Source: an uncultured SAR86 cluster bacterium (GTDB taxonomy: Bacteria; Pseudomonadota; Gammaproteobacteria; Magnimaribacterales; D2472). From it: a stretch of 64,000 nt of DNA. Made by a program: the position numbers and the translations under genes. Every line of letters begins with the position of its first letter. Within the stretch, counting starts at the first letter, position 1. Below are positions 62,586 through 64,000 of this stretch, piece after piece. Under the pieces are notes generated by a model that saw only the letters and a program-made list of their open reading frames with translations, was not told where the DNA came from and did not search any database. Location: contig CACADH010000004.1 of the NCBI GenBank assembly GCA_902531245.1, positions 21,197-85,196 of the forward strand, in the 5' to 3' direction.

Positions 62586-64000
62586 CTAGAATACATTTCC
62601 TACTGTAAATTGGAATTCTTCAGTTCTCTCTTGAGGTCCTGCATTTGTTGGTTTAGCTATAGCAAGACTTAATGGGCCAAAACCTGTTATCCATGTAACC
62701 CCAACTCCATATGAATATCTTAAGTCCTCTACAGCCGGTTTTGCACAATTTATTTGGTAATCTTTACAGTTATCTGAAAAAACATTTCCAAAATCAAAGA
62801 AAAAAGCTGACCTTAGAGATCTTTGATCTTCAATAAATGGGAGTTTAAAAATTAACTGTAAACTTCCCTCAACTTTTATATTTCCACCTATTGGTCTATC
62901 TCTATATCTAGAAGTTGAATTTGCATATGGGTTGAAATAAGGGGAATCTAATTCACCATCAAAATCAGTATCAATAAGGTTTGGGCAGGTCTCTTCTTCA
63001 TAATTAAACTCATAGCATGGAGCATCAGTGCTTCTAGGGCCTAGTGTATTAGATTCAAATCCTCTTAAAGATCTAGGTCCACCAGCATAGAAATTTTGGA
63101 AAAATGGAGTTTCTTCTGTATCTCCATATGCATCTAAATATCCCAGTTCACCGGAGAATCCAAAGACAAAATTTTGAGATAAAGGTCTATAAAATCTTTG
63201 TCTCACACTTGCCCGATAATAATTTAAATCACTGCCAGGTATTGTTGAACTCAAACTAAAAACTGTTGAGGATCCTGCTGTTGGAAATAGTCCTCTATTT
63301 AGAGTTACTCTTTGCCAAGAAAATTGTGCAGAGAGTGTCTCAAATATATTTCCTTCTTTTGAAACAAAATCATATATCTCCCTAGCTGGCAACGTACCTA
63401 TATCAATGTCAGTCTTATCATAAGTAATATTAAAGCCTAATCTAGTAATATCTGATGTTGGATAACCAAATTGAGCTCCTAGCCCATGAGAATTAGTCAA
63501 ATAGTTTGCAACATTAAATTCTCCATAATCTGTTTCCCTAAAATAGATGTTATAACCTAAACTAACTCCATCTTTTGTTGCATAAGGGTCTGCAAAAGAC
63601 AAGTTATAGCTCTCACTGTAAATGTTTTTATTTATGCCAATACCAACAGTATTCCCACTTCCTAAGAAATTTTGTTCCTGAAGATTAAAACCTAACATAA
63701 GACCAAAATCACTATATCCAATGTTTCCTCCCACACTTCCAGTAGTCTCTTCCTCAACACTGTATACAACATCAATTTGATCTTCAGTGCCTACCACAGG
63801 TATGGTCTCAACATTAACCTCTTTAAAATAACCCAATCTTTCAAGCCTAACCTTACCAGCTTCTATGCTGTTATCAGAGGACCATGCACCTTCAAATTGT
63901 CTCATTTCTCTTCTTAAAACATGGTCTTGAGTAACATTATTACCTGTAAAAAGAATCTTTCTTGTGTAAGTCTTATTTCCTGGTACTACGGAAAAAGTCA
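62586..64000 (-). CDS. bamA: Outer membrane protein assembly factor BamA (N-terminus lies beyond the window)
   Basis: Beta-barrel with terminal ...FQFTVGNVF. The frame stays open upstream of the ORF-track Met through ...ILFTGNNVTQDHVLRREMRQFEGAW (POTRA5) to position 64000. Confidence 0.95.
   Translation of the reverse strand, partial: TFSVVPGNKTYTRKILFTGNNVTQDHVLRREMRQFEGAWSSDNSIEAGKVRLERLGYFKEVNVETIPVVGTEDQIDVVYSVEEETTGSVGGNIGYSDFGLMLGFNLQEQNFLGSGNTVGIGINKNIYSESYNLSFADPYATKDGVSLGYNIYFRETDYGEFNVANYLTNSHGLGAQFGYPTSDITRLGFNITYDKTDIDIGTLPAREIYDFVSKEGNIFETLSAQFSWQRVTLNRGLFPTAGSSTVFSLSSTIPGSDLNYYRASVRQRFYRPLSQNFVFGFSGELGYLDAYGDTEETPFFQNFYAGGPRSLRGFESNTLGPRSTDAPCYEFNYEEETCPNLIDTDFDGELDSPYFNPYANSTSRYRDRPIGGNIKVEGSLQLIFKLPFIEDQRSLRSAFFFDFGNVFSDNCKDYQINCAKPAVEDLRYSYGVGVTWITGFGPLSLAIAKPTNAGPQERTEEFQFTVGNVF

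Overview
This window is a visibly AT-rich (about one-third G+C by eye, not computed), very gene-dense chromosomal segment of a Gammaproteobacterium. It is probably from a genome-streamlined, perhaps marine, lineage, but I cannot name the organism from sequence alone. Almost every base is accounted for by housekeeping genes arranged in Pseudomonas/E. coli-type conserved blocks: mreC-mreB <> gatCAB; prmC-prfA-hemA <> lolB-ispE-tRNA-Gln-prs-rplY-pth-ychF; tRNA-fMet-rimP-nusA-infB-rbfA-truB-rpsO-pnp; carA-carB-greA-rlmE-ftsH-glmM-tpiA-secG; map-glnD-dapD-dapE; lptG-lptF <> pepA-valS; holD-rimI; and bamA-skp-lpxD-fabZ-lpxA-lpxB-rnhB-dnaE-tilS. There are four tRNA genes: Gln-UUG, elongator Met-CAU, initiator fMet-CAU and Leu-GAG. 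I saw no rRNA, CRISPR array, transposase, integrase, phage gene or recognisable defence gene, and I cannot support a multi-gene novel system here. Four observations deserve a second look. (1) Two tandem paralogous small hydrophobic proteins of unknown family sit with an intercistronic stem-loop at the junction of two synteny blocks, next to tRNA-Met. (2) truB is broken by a one-base deficit in an A9 tract. (3) valS ends about 200 codons earlier than canonical bacterial ValRS and abuts a convergent GNAT gene. (4) There are several signs of extreme compaction or gene loss: folP and holC are missing from their conserved slots, divergent start codons overlap, and convergent genes share TTAA stop codons. 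All calls rest on reading the translated ORFs and motifs; no database search was run.
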